Assembly: GCA_963924565.1 (NCBI GenBank)
Contig: OZ004607.1
Coordinates: forward strand, 26,598,001-26,662,000
Origin: Ascidiella aspersa
Taxonomy: Eukaryota
Reading direction: 5' to 3'
DNA: 64,000 bases
The stretch's first letter is position 1. The number at the start of each line of letters is the position of its first letter. Shown here piece after piece: positions 1-13,044 of the stretch. The translations under genes were made by a program, and so were the position numbers. The notes under the pieces were generated by a model. It made no database searches, was not told the DNA's origin, and saw only the letters and a program-made list of their open reading frames with translations.

Positions 1-1290
1 TCTAAAACTTTCTATTTTTTAACTACAGCCCTTGCTTTCTTCTCCTTCTACTCTTGGTTAGTCTAACTGTGTTCTAACTCTATAACTCCGTTTTCACTCT
101 AACTTTTCTGAATTTAACTTTTCTAACCCTAACTTTTCCAACTCCAACTTGGGTAATATTGCCATTTACTCATTAGTAAAAACATACACATTTTGCCATG
201 CGCACATTCTGAAAAAATTAGGACATATTTTTAAAGCACTTTTACCTCGTGCACATTTTTGCGCACATTAAGCAGAATTCCGCTTCGTCCACTGTTGCCT
301 GAACATAGAAATATATGGTATCACACTACTGGTAAAATAATTCATGATTCCGATGATATATTAAAGGTTGCTTTATACATGTTATCAGTGACGTGCGGTG
401 AGGTTCCTAGATGTTGAGGCACAATTTTTTTCGAGTCACGTTTTTCTTTAACAACCACAAAAACGGTGTCGTAATAATAAAAATAAAAATAAAGTTTGAA
501 CTCTTTTTGTTTAGCTTTTGCCATTGTATGAACTGCGTATCGAACACAAATAAATATGCTGGCAAACCGTTTCGAGCAGCAACTCACTTTCAGAGAGCAA
601 AAACAAACTCACCAAAAATTACAGTAGTAAAACCACATTAATATAGCAAACGTAATAATGACTACATCTTTTATGACGTAACAGTCCATGACAACGCCTG
701 TGATGGACTGCTGTGGTACTGCTCATAAAAGCTACAAAACAAATTATTATTAAGAGTACAATATTTATGCCTGTGACAACCACACATCCACTCCTTTTTT
801 TACCAATCTCTTTGAAAGTTGCGTGTTATTTTTTTGTCCAGTTGTCTGATGCAAAACTTTTAAATTTGCAATAGGTCTGCCTTTATTAATGACTTCAACT
901 TTCGAGCTTTACACTACAAGAAGTCAATGTACACGCACTATGCCGGCATTTAAGCTGGACGAAGAAAGGTTTCATAGCGTGGACGTCATAATCGCATAAT
1001 TGAGGCATGCCTCAAATCATAGCTAAATCGTTCATCATGTTTACCGAGAGAATTAGCGAAAGAAAAAGGCACGCATAGTGCAGTGTATGGCACTTTTGTG
1101 ATCTGAAGAGAGGCATTGGCGCTGCCTCTCTTCGCGTATTCAATGATTTTGACCGCGTGAACGCTTGATATGAATAACACAACAAAATAGAAGAAAAAAA
1201 AGCACGCTTTAGGTATAGAAACGTAAAATTTATGGTGGAGATTAACTGATATAACTTTTGCTTGACATATATTGTGCTTTGCAAGATGTT

Positions 1291-1338
1291 GGCAGGTGAG
1301 GCACTGCCTCACCTGCCTCCCCTGACTGCACGTCCCTG
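1291..1338. mobile_element. Right end of a non-autonomous DNA transposon (MITE) with subterminal palindrome
   Basis: Perfect 13-bp stem GGCAGGTGAGGCA-c-TGCCTCACCTGCC (1291-1317) followed by terminus TGCACGTCCCTG (reverse complement CAGGGACGTGCA, a CAG-type hAT-like end). Matching left end not identified. Confidence 0.5.
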
Positions 1339-1462
1339 CATGTTATGCTGCGTGAGTCTTGTGAAGAGGTATTATTTTTTTGCAGTGTAAATTAATTGAA
1401 GATAACCGAAAAGCTGTGTGTTCGAGCAAATTTTGAAAAAATAAATTAATAAAGGCGGCTTC

Positions 1463-1993
1463 TTAGGTCAAGTGTTGTACACCATGCTTAGGTAGTGCTT
1501 GCGAAAAGTGTGGCGTTGCAATCCCTGGAAACTCAGCCAAAATTCGTGTGTAGACTGACGTGCCCGAAGCGATTGCATTGAGGCGAGGCGCTAATTGCGG
1601 CGCCCTTCTGATTGGAGAGCTGCAGAACGTTTCAGCGTTGATTAGGCGTTGGTTGAGATCGACGAGTAGTGCGTGGGCCCTCAGAAAATCGGCGCCAAGT
1701 AATGGCCGAGCAACATCAGCCAAAACAAACTTCCAATTAAATCTGCTTGAAGGAAAATCCATTGATATCGAACGAGAACCGTACGTTCGAATTTTGGTGC
1801 CATTAGCAGCGACAAGAGTTTTGTCGGAAGGATTCGCGCGACGCTCAGGTCCTGTGGGAGGCAAAACGCTAATCTCTGCGCCCGTATCCACTAAAAAATT
1901 ACGACCTGCTAAGCGATCCCAAACAAAGAAAAGGCTTCTAGTAGCTTGGCCGGCCATTGTAGCAGCTAAACATGGTCGGCTTGCCAGTTTCCC
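1463..1993 (-). pseudogene. Gypsy Pol N-terminus: retropepsin-like aspartic protease, truncated
   Basis: LVDTGAEISVLP...LVAANGTKIRTYG...LLGADFL. The frame is entered by a -1 shift at G GGA AAC (1987-1993). Confidence 0.85.
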
Positions 1994-2645
1994 TGGGAGA
2001 ATGAACAGGGGGGGGGGGTGTGCATCGATGAGCTTTGTCCTTAAATCGTCGATGATAAAAGCAAATTGCACTTTGTTCGCGTAGTGGCTTCAGTCTTGAT
2101 CGAGGCGTTGGACGTTGTAGTTTGCAAATTGAAAGTTGTGAGGTATTTTCTCGGGCTGCTAGAAATAAGGCATCAGCTTGCTGCGCTAAATCGCGGTTAG
2201 TTTCAAAATCTTTCCCTGCTAAGCCCGTACGTACCTCCGCAGGCATGTGCCTCAAAAACAATTCTCGAAAAAGAAAACACGGTGTGTGGTCACCAAGCAA
2301 TGCCAGCATCTCGTCCATTAATGCCGATGGAATTCTATCGCCTAAAGGAGCCATTTCAAGCAAGGCGCTGGCTCTTTTCGAACACGTGAGACTGAAAGTC
2401 GTAAGCAGCCTGTGTTTGATTGATTGGTACTTGTTCACGTCCGGTGGCTGATCAAGAAGGTCTAACAAACTAGTTGCAGTGTGCTGGTCCAACGCCGAAA
2501 CAACATAGTAATACTTGGTTTGATCGTCTTTAACGCCTTTAATTGCAAACTGTGCCTCCGCTTGTCGAAACCAAACTCGTGCTTGAGCAGTCCAAAACGT
2601 GGGTAGTTTTATTGCCACTGCGTTTTGCGAATCTTCACTTGCCAT
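1938..2645 (-). CDS. Gypsy Gag-like protein (C-terminus frameshifted at G11 tract)
   Basis: N-terminal KLPTFWTAQARVWFRQAEAQF...TKYYYVVSAL and C-terminal CFYHRRFKDKAHRC are typical of this gag class. Confidence 0.85.
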   Translation of the reverse strand: MASEDSQNAVAIKLPTFWTAQARVWFRQAEAQFAIKGVKDDQTKYYYVVSALDQHTATSLLDLLDQPPDVNKYQSIKHRLLTTFSLTCSKRASALLEMAPLGDRIPSALMDEMLALLGDHTPCFLFRELFLRHMPAEVRTGLAGKDFETNRDLAQQADALFLAARENTSQLSICKLQRPTPRSRLKPLREQSAICFYHRRFKDKAHRCTPPPPVHSPRETGKPTMFSCYNGRPSY

Positions 2646-2675
2646 GCTTGTTTCAGAAAAGTCGTTTCTGAAATT

Positions 2676-2687
2676 TCGGGGTCACCA
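2676..2687 (-). promoter_or_regulatory. Primer binding site complementary to tRNA-Trp 3' end
   Basis: TGGTGACCCCGA lies 1 nt after the LTR terminal CA and matches the recalled tRNA-Trp 3' end UCGGGGUCACCA. Confidence 0.8.
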
Positions 2688-2688
2688 T

Positions 2689-2856
2689 TGATGCGAGACG
2701 CTTTCTGTGTTGCTTCGAGATCGTGTTCAGCGAAAAAGGGTAGACGATTACTCATTGCAATGCAGAGGAAAAGAACGAAAGGAAAAAGGCAATATGTCCG
2801 GTTCGGTGCAGTATTACTGTGTGCGTCGGTAAACATAGAGCGTCGCTACAACATCA
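2689..2856 (-). repeat. 5' LTR (~168 bp)
   Basis: TG...CA termini with a 5-bp inverted repeat TGATG/CATCA, directly upstream of the PBS. Confidence 0.7.
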
Positions 2857-3586
2857 TATTTAAATGACTACAAAATGCTCGATCTGATGTTTAACTCAAC
2901 AATATTGTACTCAGCTAATTTGTATGATATGTCGTTCAAGGTAACAACATTTGTTTGAACCATGTTATTTTGTGATAGCCTGTAGGACTTTTGGTGATTT
3001 GGGTCGGTGGCAGTGTTTGATGCCAAGTGGTAGCTTTGGTTCTCGCCGGCTTCTGGAGTGCAGGGCTGCAGAGTAGAAAACGAAACTCGACTAGGTCGGT
3101 TTATTTGGCTGTAGTCCGACGTGCGCTTCCGCAGTCTCAAGTTCATGACATAGGCTATATACACCCTGTTTCGGGTACGGGGTGTTTGGAATATGCGAAT
3201 ATAAAGTTGCAACTGTTCATCGGGAACCTTTTTAGATAAGTGAGCCATAAAAGTCAAATATTCATGGTTACATTTCCATGAAAGCCATATAGCCTAATCA
3301 TTTTTTAACATCTAGTTATGGGTTGGCAAAAAATAGTAAATTGAGTAGGGCCGTTTATTTTGTGTTCATTTAAAAAGGACAAAACATGATATGCAACAAA
3401 AATGAATTAGCTAAGTTTGCACAACTTTGATTACGCAGTTCCATTGACAGAATAGGGCCTTTTTGGATCTTATTAGCTTCGCGCGAAAGGCCGAAAAATC
3501 ACTAATATGTGTAATAAAAAGAGAAATTTAAAGTTACGGAAGTGGTCGTGGCCGCTTGCAGTTTTATTCAGATCATGCTCCTAAGA

Positions 3587-3980
3587 CAGGGGTTCCCAAC
3601 CTGTGGTACGCGAAGGTTTTCCAGGTGGTACGCGAGTACCTTCCGTTTTTTTTTCACAAAAACCTGGATTCACAACTTTATATTTTGTTGGTCTGTTTAA
3701 AAAAAAATCCCTAAAGCCTATTCATTGTTACGTAATTATTCCTGTTGTTTCGTACCATTACGATCTTCAAAAGACAGGTCATATCAATTGTCGACAAGGA
3801 GCACACTTGCTTTGTAAAGAATACAACGCTGTTGAACAGTGGGCGTTAATTATGTCAAACGATTGCTCTTGATAGATATCATCTACTGATTTATAGCTTA
3901 ATTTACAAATAGCATTGAATTGCTAGTTCAAAGCTAAAAATAGGCAAAAATAGGATTCGATCAAAATAGTTGTTCTACAA
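3587..3980 (+). mobile_element. hAT MITE family A, truncated copy
   Basis: Starts CAGGGGTTCCCAACCTGTGGTACGCG. Colinear with the fuller copy at 54569-55049. Confidence 0.8.
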
Positions 3981-4698
3981 CAGTGGTTCTTAACCGGGGG
4001 CGCCAAGCAAATCTTAGGGGGGCGCAAGCTCTCTTCCAATATTTAACTTTTTATAATGTTTTATCAGAGTTCCATGTTGCTTTAATTACTAAATCTGCTT
4101 GTATGCTGTCTTATGCATAACATCAAAATTAAACATGTTTAGAAAAGAAACTGAAGAAACACGATCATAATTTAGCGATTTGCGAACTTTGGGGCTGTGC
4201 CTAGTCAGAACAGTATGATATGGTTTAAAAATATCTAAGTTGTGCATCATGCCACCCTCTCCACATACTGTGTTTTGCCAATTTTTACAACAAAACTACA
4301 AAAATTTTGCGCTTTGCGCAAACTACAAACAACTTTTTGCGCATCACTAATTTGGGGGAACTCGGACTTTATTGCGCCAATTTGTAATGTTATTTGTAGT
4401 ATATAGCATTTGCATTGTGTGACATCACCCCTTTTAAAACATGATTAACGCAATGTTTCAATTTTTACAACAGGTTTGTCAAAATTAGCTCGCGATGAAA
4501 ACCAATATATCGAGCACGAGCAGCATTTGTGTGTCTCGAAAATTAAGGTTTAGCCAAAACAAACCAAATAAACTCAATTTCTTTCGCGCTTCACACTACA
4601 AATTTATTTTATTATTGTTGTTTAATATCTAAGGGGGGCGTAAGGCACAGAACAATTACCACAGGGTGGCGCGGTAGAAAAAAGGTGAAGAACCACTG
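3981..4698 (+). mobile_element. hAT MITE inserted into family A copy
   Basis: TIRs CAGTGGTTCTTAACC / GGTGAAGAACCACTG. Flanks TTCTACAA and TTATAGAA (6/8, degenerate TSD). Confidence 0.75.
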
Positions 4699-4706
4699 TT
4701 ATAGAA

Positions 4707-5102
4707 GAAGTGGTTCATTCTTTCGATTTCACTCGAGAAACAAACCTCCTGAAATTGGTGTCTTTCGACACAAAGAACCTAGAGGGGATCGTCGAAAGAA
4801 AAGAAGGCTACACGGATTTTACGTGTAAAACAGAAGAACAAGCTGAAGAGTTGGTCCTCAAGCTGAAAAGCAGACCCGAAGTCAATCTTGCAAGCCGCTA
4901 CGAAAGCAAGTACACCAGCGTGGAGATCTCACACGTTCCACCTCGCTTCAACATCGGTATGCTGATGGCATACATACAGAAAAACCACGCCACTGCTCTA
5001 GAGGCCAGGAAGTAAAAGGACGCCATCGCCGGACTCCCTGACGGAAGAATAAAAGCAGAGGTGCTGACGTAGCACCTGAAACAAAACCCTATCCCGGCAA
5101 CC
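4707..5102 (+). pseudogene. Degenerate LINE (L1/Tx1-like) ORF1 fragment
   Basis: Protein-like frame YTDFTC...VEISHVPPRFNIGMLMAYI...GLPDGRIKAEV...NPIPAT with two in-frame stops. Resembles the RRM-like region of Tx1/ZCCHC3-type ORF1 (pattern recognition only). Confidence 0.5.
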
Positions 5103-7289
5103 ATGGGGGGGTGGGGGGCGATATGGCCATGGCCCCCCCCAAACTAAAAAATATGTACATTTTTTTTACTTAATAGGCAGCTTATTTTCGCGGTTCCCTA
5201 GGTAGTATGGCCTATTTTCGCCACAATAAGACATATTTTTAAGCTTTGTAGTGGTGTACGAGCTTATGGCGCCATATAATGAATATTTCAAAAAAATGGT
5301 AAAATTCGTTTCGCGCACTCGCGCAAAGCGGCGTTTTTCAGATTTGCAGAGACGGCTTAAGTGACCGTACGCTGACCTCGACTATATAATAACTAACTTA
5401 AATCCAAGTACAATTAAAAGCTTTTGTGTTGTTAGTGCAAATCTGTATCAGAACCAGCCTGCCAATATACTTCATCCGGCCCGCCGCCTCTTTGACAAAT
5501 TAAACACGAGTCCATTTTAAATACTTTTTGACTATTTTAAGTGTGTAAATGCAAAATTTTCGCGCTTCGCGCTAATGATCTTAATACATCCAGTGTGTTA
5601 CATCATGTTTTGATGCTCTTTTTAAACTAGATCAGCGCTTCTTTACTGTTGCGCCGTGGAAAGCTGCCAAGTGCGTCGCGGACAAATGAAAAACGTATTC
5701 AAACATAATCGACAAATATTTTTTAACCATTTTTTTTAAATGTAACAGAAACAAGAAAAAAAAGAAATACCGGTATACCAAAAACATCGCTCTCGCTTCG
5801 CTCGCCAGGTCTGCCCCAAATGGTTAACAAACACTAAAATAGATTAACTATAAAATTTATCGCGTTTTCTCGAAGTAGTTTTATTACACTTTTTAATAGT
5901 AATAGGGGGATGGTGACGTTTGGACTCGAATTTTAAACCAAGTATACGCTTTTTTAGCGAATTTGCGCCAAGACTTTACTGCCCTCCAACAATTATAAAT
6001 ACGTTTTTAAATTGCAAAATAATCCGAGGCCCATCTGATTCACAATTGTTATAAAGTTGTAATAACACAAAATCTCATTTAACCTATGTTGTGCGGCCCG
6101 CAGAGCACAAAGGTTGCCGACCCTTGTGTAAGGATTTGAATAACCTATCCAATGTTAGGATTAACTCTGCATAGAGTTTTGCTCATTTCAGCAACCTTAT
6201 TTGGCAAAAACCAACTACAGTAACTTAAAAATTGAGAGAAGTGTCATGAAAGAACCACAGCAGACCGCAGCAGACAACGCTACGGTTTTATTGCGACGTG
6301 GCCTCGGCGCTTTTTCGGTGGCATGTGCGGTTGAAAGTGTATTAGAAAGAACATAAATTTGTTTTGCTCATTTTAATATAGTAATGACGTAATTTGGTAT
6401 TGGATCAGATCCCGGTACATTTTGCCTAAATTTTCTTGTATTAGACATTCCTAATTTTAAGTATAAAATCACAAATATGCATGTAGTAAGTGATATTATT
6501 TTAAAGTATAGGCACATACACACTACGGCACTATAATTTCTTTTTAACTTCATGTGTTTTTTTACAGACAAGCAAGGATTATTATCAGCAGTGTCCACTA
6601 TGCTTAACAACGGACCGTATCTGGTCAGGTGAAGCAAATTAACCAAACGCCATTGAAAAACAAAGAACTATTCTCCTGGTAAGAAATATGTTTATAGCTT
6701 CTGTTAAGTGATAATATACAATAAAATAACTCCAAACAACAAAGATTAATGTTGCCTAAAATTGATACTGTTAACATTACTTATTTTATAATTCATATAT
6801 GTTTAGATTAGTAGAATATATTTGTCTAATGGCTTTTGAGAAGGATCACAAAACTTAGTTTGCATTAAGTGAAGGACATATTTTGTTTTTGTAGAAAAAG
6901 ACAACCACATATCATGTTACGAGGGCTGTCCAGGACTCCCAAATAACCATTTATAGCAGTGTTTGTCAGTGCAGAAAAAAACTACTGTTGTAAAAATCTA
7001 ACCCCACTTATGTATATACCATTGTGTGTTTAATATGAGTGATGTCCCCACATGTACGTTTAGCCCTTCATTTTTTATAGTCTTTTTGGTGAAACGTTCT
7101 TAAATGTTAGTGATACGTTGATTATAATTATTGTTTGCAAAATGATGCTATTTTCATTGTAATTTTAAAGTATTTTTCCTTATGTTGTTTTTTCTTTTGT
7201 ATTTTTATTTGTCAAGTTCCATTTGTTACAACAGTGTTCTTTCTAATACACTTTCTTATTTGCTTCTTAGAAATTGTGGTGAACGCAAA

Positions 7290-7771
7290 ATTATTTGGGT
7301 GAATTCTTTTTCTACCCAACAATGTTGAATTTCTCGACAAATGTACCTTGAATATTATGTATGGCACGAACTAAAATTACCCAATATAGCATTTGGGTGC
7401 AACAAAGCGATACCAAAAAACATTTATTGGGAATCCCCACGAGCGTACCCAGAAAAGTGAAGTGGGTACAACCTAATATTACCTAAGAATACCATTTGGG
7501 TGGAACAATGCGATACCCAAAAATATTTATTGGGAATCTCCACGAGCGTACCCAGGAAATTAAATTAGGTACAGGCTTATTTTACCCATGTAATTTAGGT
7601 AAAATAATGTGATACCCAATAATTTAGATTAGGTAGATATCAGTGGTACCCAAGGTATTTTGGGTATTAATTACCCAAAAATATTTATTGGGAATCCCCA
7701 CGAGCGTACCCTGTTTGACAAAAAAGTACCCAATGATTTTGGGTATTGAATACCCAATTTTGCTAACAGTG
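7290..7771. mobile_element. Probable CACTA/EnSpm-type element end with subterminal repeats
   Basis: Three copies of ATTTATTGGGAATC(C/T)CCACGAGCGTACCC (7422-7450, 7525-7553, 7683-7711), many TACCCA/TGGGTA motifs in both orientations, and terminus CAGTG at 7767-7771. Confidence 0.55.
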
Positions 7772-8024
7772 TACGGCATGCAACAAAACCAAAAAAGAAT
7801 AACAAATCAAGGTTCTATGTAATTAACGAAGGGCTACAGAGTCGAAAAATAAGACAACCAGAGTCAGACGTGCGCATATGCAGTACCAAATTAAAAAAAA
7901 CTTACACGGTCGCAAACTGTAAAGATAGATTAGCATAAAAAAATATTTCGAACCACATGAACTGAGCGGACGAATTATAGGACACCCATATGACTGGATT
8001 GCTGAATATTTGCTTTATTTTAGT

Positions 8025-8743
8025 CAGTGGTTTTCAACCTGGGGGTCGCTTGCCTTTTCTCTGGGGGTCGCGAAGACGACAATCAAAAATACAAATCACT
8101 ACTGCTACAATGCGAATTGATTTGCTTAAAAAATTAACTTGTAATGATACTGAATGTTCAAACAGTGAGCTGCCAGAAAGAAAGATGCGAGATAGAATAT
8201 TATTTTAACACTGTAGGCTTGCTATTGAGTTCCCGGTATCAATCATATAGCCTACGGCAGTGCTTGTCAACCTTTTTTGGAACAGTACACACTTAAGTTT
8301 TTTTATGAAGAACTTTTAAGTGAAAACTTAAACCTATAATTCAAGTTGCAATTGTTTATATTGCACGATGTTTATCTTCAGACTCATTAAAGACAAATTA
8401 CAAGCTAAAAATTATTAACCGTCGTGACAAGAACCATATTTATTACATCACAATAACGATTATTACATCACATTAACGATTAAACTAAAGTTTAGTCAAA
8501 TAGTGTCATCGAATAAAAATCGTAATGCGGGGATTAGAGGCTTAAACCATAACTTTATAAGCTAGTACATATAGATTTTCGTTAATCCGTATAGTTTAAC
8601 CAAATTTACAACAATCGGTTTTACCAATTTAAATGTGACTCTAATTTACTTAGGTCAATGTATCATTAATCAAAATTGAGGGGTCGAGTAAGTTTCGAAA
8701 ACTGGAAAAGGGGTCGCGACAACAAAAAGGTTGGGAACCACTG
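8025..8743 (+). mobile_element. hAT MITE with perfect TSD
   Basis: TIRs CAGTGGTTTTCAACCT / AGGTTGGGAACCACTG; TSD ATTTTAGT on both sides. Confidence 0.9.
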
Positions 8744-8962
8744 ATTTTAGTCATACATACGTGATACACAAACTGTTCAGTCGGTGCCCGACTCGAAGAA
8801 AACTCACATTTGGTATACGAGTGAGCCTCTGGCTAGTTTTCCAGGCTTAGCCATTGTTTTAAGTACGACAAACTTTTTTAGGTAGTTTATCCTTGTTTTA
8901 CTGCGCTGAGTGTGGGACTTAACGGAATTGAATTGCTATTTTATTAAATATACCCTGTAAAG

Positions 8963-10127
8963 CAGCCTTTCTTAACCTGGGGTAAATTTACCCCTGGGTG
9001 TAAATTTCCTCACTTTAGGGGGTAAATTAGCTATCAATCAAAATATCCACATCAGCTGACGAGACAGAAAAATAGTGCCAGCTGTAGGTATTGGCAGCAT
9101 AGTTTCATAGAACTGCTTTTTGGAAGCTAGCCTATAGTACCCTATTATTTTTTTATCGCCTTGTATGGATAACGTTATGCTTCGCTAATTGATCATCTTA
9201 TTAGTTTCTTGGCAATATCCTTATCTCTTAGTTACTTCATTAATACGTCATTTACTGTTTGAATAAACCAGATTCTTCGGCAGTCACGGCATAGATTAAG
9301 GCAGTGGTCTCCAACCTGTGGGTCGCGACCCCAAGTGAGGTCGCCTAAAATTTTTGTGGGGTCACCATAACTCCATATTCGTAATGTTTTAGTACGATTT
9401 ATGTATTTAGTTTTCTTTACAAAGAGGTCCCACTAATAAAGGTGACTTAGTGCATCTTCTACAATACATAAAAATTGCTGTTTTCAGCTCCAGCTGCCAT
9501 ATCAGAAATTTGTGTTTTTTGATTTTGCGCAGCAAATGTCGCACTTTTTCTAAAACCACACCAAGTTACATGTACAAGTGTGTCAAACGTAGACAGTAGA
9601 CGGAGATGTTTAAAATCGTCCCTCATTTGTAATATCATAAAAAATGCTGTTGATTTGTAGTAAAACATCCGCGTTTTCTGAGGTTACATTTCACAGGCCA
9701 AATTAGAAAGCATATCCACTTAGAAACACAAACAGGCGAAGAGGCTTATCGCTAAAAACATTTTTTACTTGTCATTATGAATACATTCCCCGGCGAAGTA
9801 GGTGCCCGTTCTGCTGCATTCTAGGACTTGTTTTAACATTGCCTATAATTGTCTCCAAAATGGGGTCGCAATATAAATTCTGATTACATCTTATTTAAAT
9901 TGGGGTCGCTTATTTAAAATATTTGAGACCACTGGATTAAGGTAACGTGTCTGCGAGCAGTTTTGAAAGTTCCGATACACTTTTTAAAATGTCAGTGCTG
10001 GTTATACATGCGATTGCCTAATTTTGTCTCTGGGTACGGCTTAACGGGCAAAATTATAGTTCATTGTTGATCTTTTTAGTCCAATGATTAAGGCTTTAAA
10101 CAACTCATTGACTGATTATTATAGTCT
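8963..10127 (+). mobile_element. Composite hAT element, partial copy (inverted relative of 51696-53943)
   Basis: Left end CAGCCTTTCTTAACCTGGGG is the reverse complement of 53861-53943. 9943-10127 matches 53241-53335 plus 52152-52242 in reverse. Confidence 0.85.
9302..9934 (+). mobile_element. Nested hAT MITE with perfect TSD
   Basis: TIRs CAGTGGTCTC / GAGACCACTG; TSD GATTAAGG on both sides. Inverted copy at 53340-53860. Confidence 0.9.
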
Positions 10128-11350
10128 AACAAAAATGTACCGTCAAGGGGGGCTACTACTCTTTTTGAAGTTTTTTTTTTTTTTCTTTTTTTTGCTTATT
10201 GTCTGAAATTTGGTCAAAATTGGGGCTGTGTATAGATGTTTCAAATGGTTGTTTTTTCTTGTTTAAAATATCTAAATTTGGGGGACTTCACGCCAAATTT
10301 CTATGTGTTCAAAGTTAGGTAGGGGGTATTCTAACTTTGAACACTCCATATCACAAGCACTTTAGGGCTTAATTGACAAGCTTTGTTCAAAGTTAACACT
10401 TCACATAGCATTATTAGTAAAAAAACTTTTGTATTTAAAACAAGTTTAGTGAAATAATTGCCAAAAAGTGTACCGGTACTTTTAAGTAAGAAGGGCCGCA
10501 CTTTCTAAAAAATCAAAAATCGTTAGACACAGTAAAATAAGAAGGTGACCCACTTTAGTAATTTTTAGATAATGAACGGTATTCTCAACATATACCCAGT
10601 TTTGAATTTATCTTTCGTGTGCTAATACAATTCTTAGCATTTCACTGAAAAAATAGATCAAAACCACTTTTACTTTCCGAGATCCAACTAGAAGTTTCCA
10701 GACTACTTAGGTGCAGTTGCAGTATAAAAGCAGTCCTTACTGTCAACAGAAAAATCTTGTTTTAAAATATTCGGAAAGAGCGGGTATTGAAGTCTATTTC
10801 ATGAAATTTTCAGGGAAAACCGATTTATTTATTGTGTATTTTATTGACCTTAATGTATGGTGCAATGGATTTTTCAAATTAGTGTTCAAAGTAGCCCCTC
10901 GTGACGGTAATCTTAAAAATAGCGATTCCCGAAGAGCAAGTTCCCGAAAAATTATTTTAATTTTGGATTTACATATCTTATTGAGAATGGTCTTTAAGTT
11001 CCTAGTGTGTCTCGTGCGTGGAAACATTTTTCAACTGCACCATGAAACCGGCTAGCAAATTCTCATCCAATTATGAGAAGCAAAAACTGGAGTCAAAACT
11101 GTTCAGTCTTGTTTCTTTTAACGTTTCATAAATCCCGTAGGCCAGGGGCGAGACCAGCTATCCACTCCCTTTATTAAACCAGACTGTTCACTAAATGAAC
11201 GAACTGTGTGATTACTTATTTACGAACGCACGATTATATAATTTTTAAGCAATTATATAATTTTTAATGCTTTTTATAGAAGACAGAAAAATCTTGGGAT
11301 TCGTTTATGGCAAAGGCATCGCAAAATTTCAAATAATCAGCAAAACTATT

Positions 11351-11416
11351 CAAGCTCAGAACACTAATCATTCACGAATTTTCAGATCGGCGAGTGAATA
11401 GTTTCATCATTGTTTG
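11351..11416 (-). ncRNA. Box C/D snoRNA, paralog of 11738-11806; putative 28S 5'-domain guide
   Basis: C box ATGATGA (11404-11410), D' CTGA (11382-11385), C' GTGAATGA, D CTGA (11356-11359). Guide TTCACTCGCCG is complementary to recalled 28S CGGCGAGUGAA. Confidence 0.75.
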
Positions 11417-11519
11417 CATTTACCATCAGTCAAAAATACGACATTGTGCATTCTCCAAAATACAAGTTTATTTTTCTAGTATTAAAGAAAAGTGCATTAA
11501 CACCAAAGAACAGCAAGTA

Positions 11520-12810
<1,291 letters not shown>

Positions 12811-13020
12811 AGTGGCTTTCTGTAAAACATATCATCCTTAGTTTGAAAAACAAACCTAGACATGTAAATCCAGCCGACAGATCTTTTTATTTAACTATTA
12901 GGCGTTGATATCAGTGAAGGATTGGTAATATCAAATTTCAGTTCAAAGTATACTAAATTACAATAAACTACATTATTTCTTATTTATTGCGTGTCACAGC
13001 GAAGAAAAACAACCACCCAC

Positions 13021-13044
13021 CTTCAACTAGCTCAATCGCAAAAG
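13021..13044 (-). promoter_or_regulatory. Probable non-coding first exon of RPS27A with 5'TOP/TCT start
   Basis: Minus strand reads GGT-CTTTTGCG...GAAG|GTGGGT. Downstream acceptor TTTACAG at 12820 lies just before the ATG exon. Confidence 0.6.

Larger units (their letters stand above)
1463..2856 (-). mobile_element. 3'-truncated Ty3/Gypsy LTR retrotransposon (5' LTR, PBS, gag, protease)
   Basis: LTR 2689-2856 bounded by TGATG...CATCA; PBS 2676-2687; gag ORF; protease motif FLVDTGAEISV. Pol stops at KHGVQHLT, before RT; no RT, IN or 3' LTR present. Confidence 0.9.

Noticed and set aside
1-150. Telomere-like CTAAC motifs
   Set aside because: Degenerate and non-tandem; similar motifs occur inside MITEs elsewhere in the window.
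1560-2451. Plus-strand ORFs of 174 and 109 aa
   Set aside because: Antisense shadows of gypsy gag and pol.
7422-7711. CRISPR-like array of three 29-bp repeats
   Set aside because: Spacers are long, unequal and partly homologous to each other. The context is eukaryotic with no cas genes; better explained as transposon subterminal repeats.
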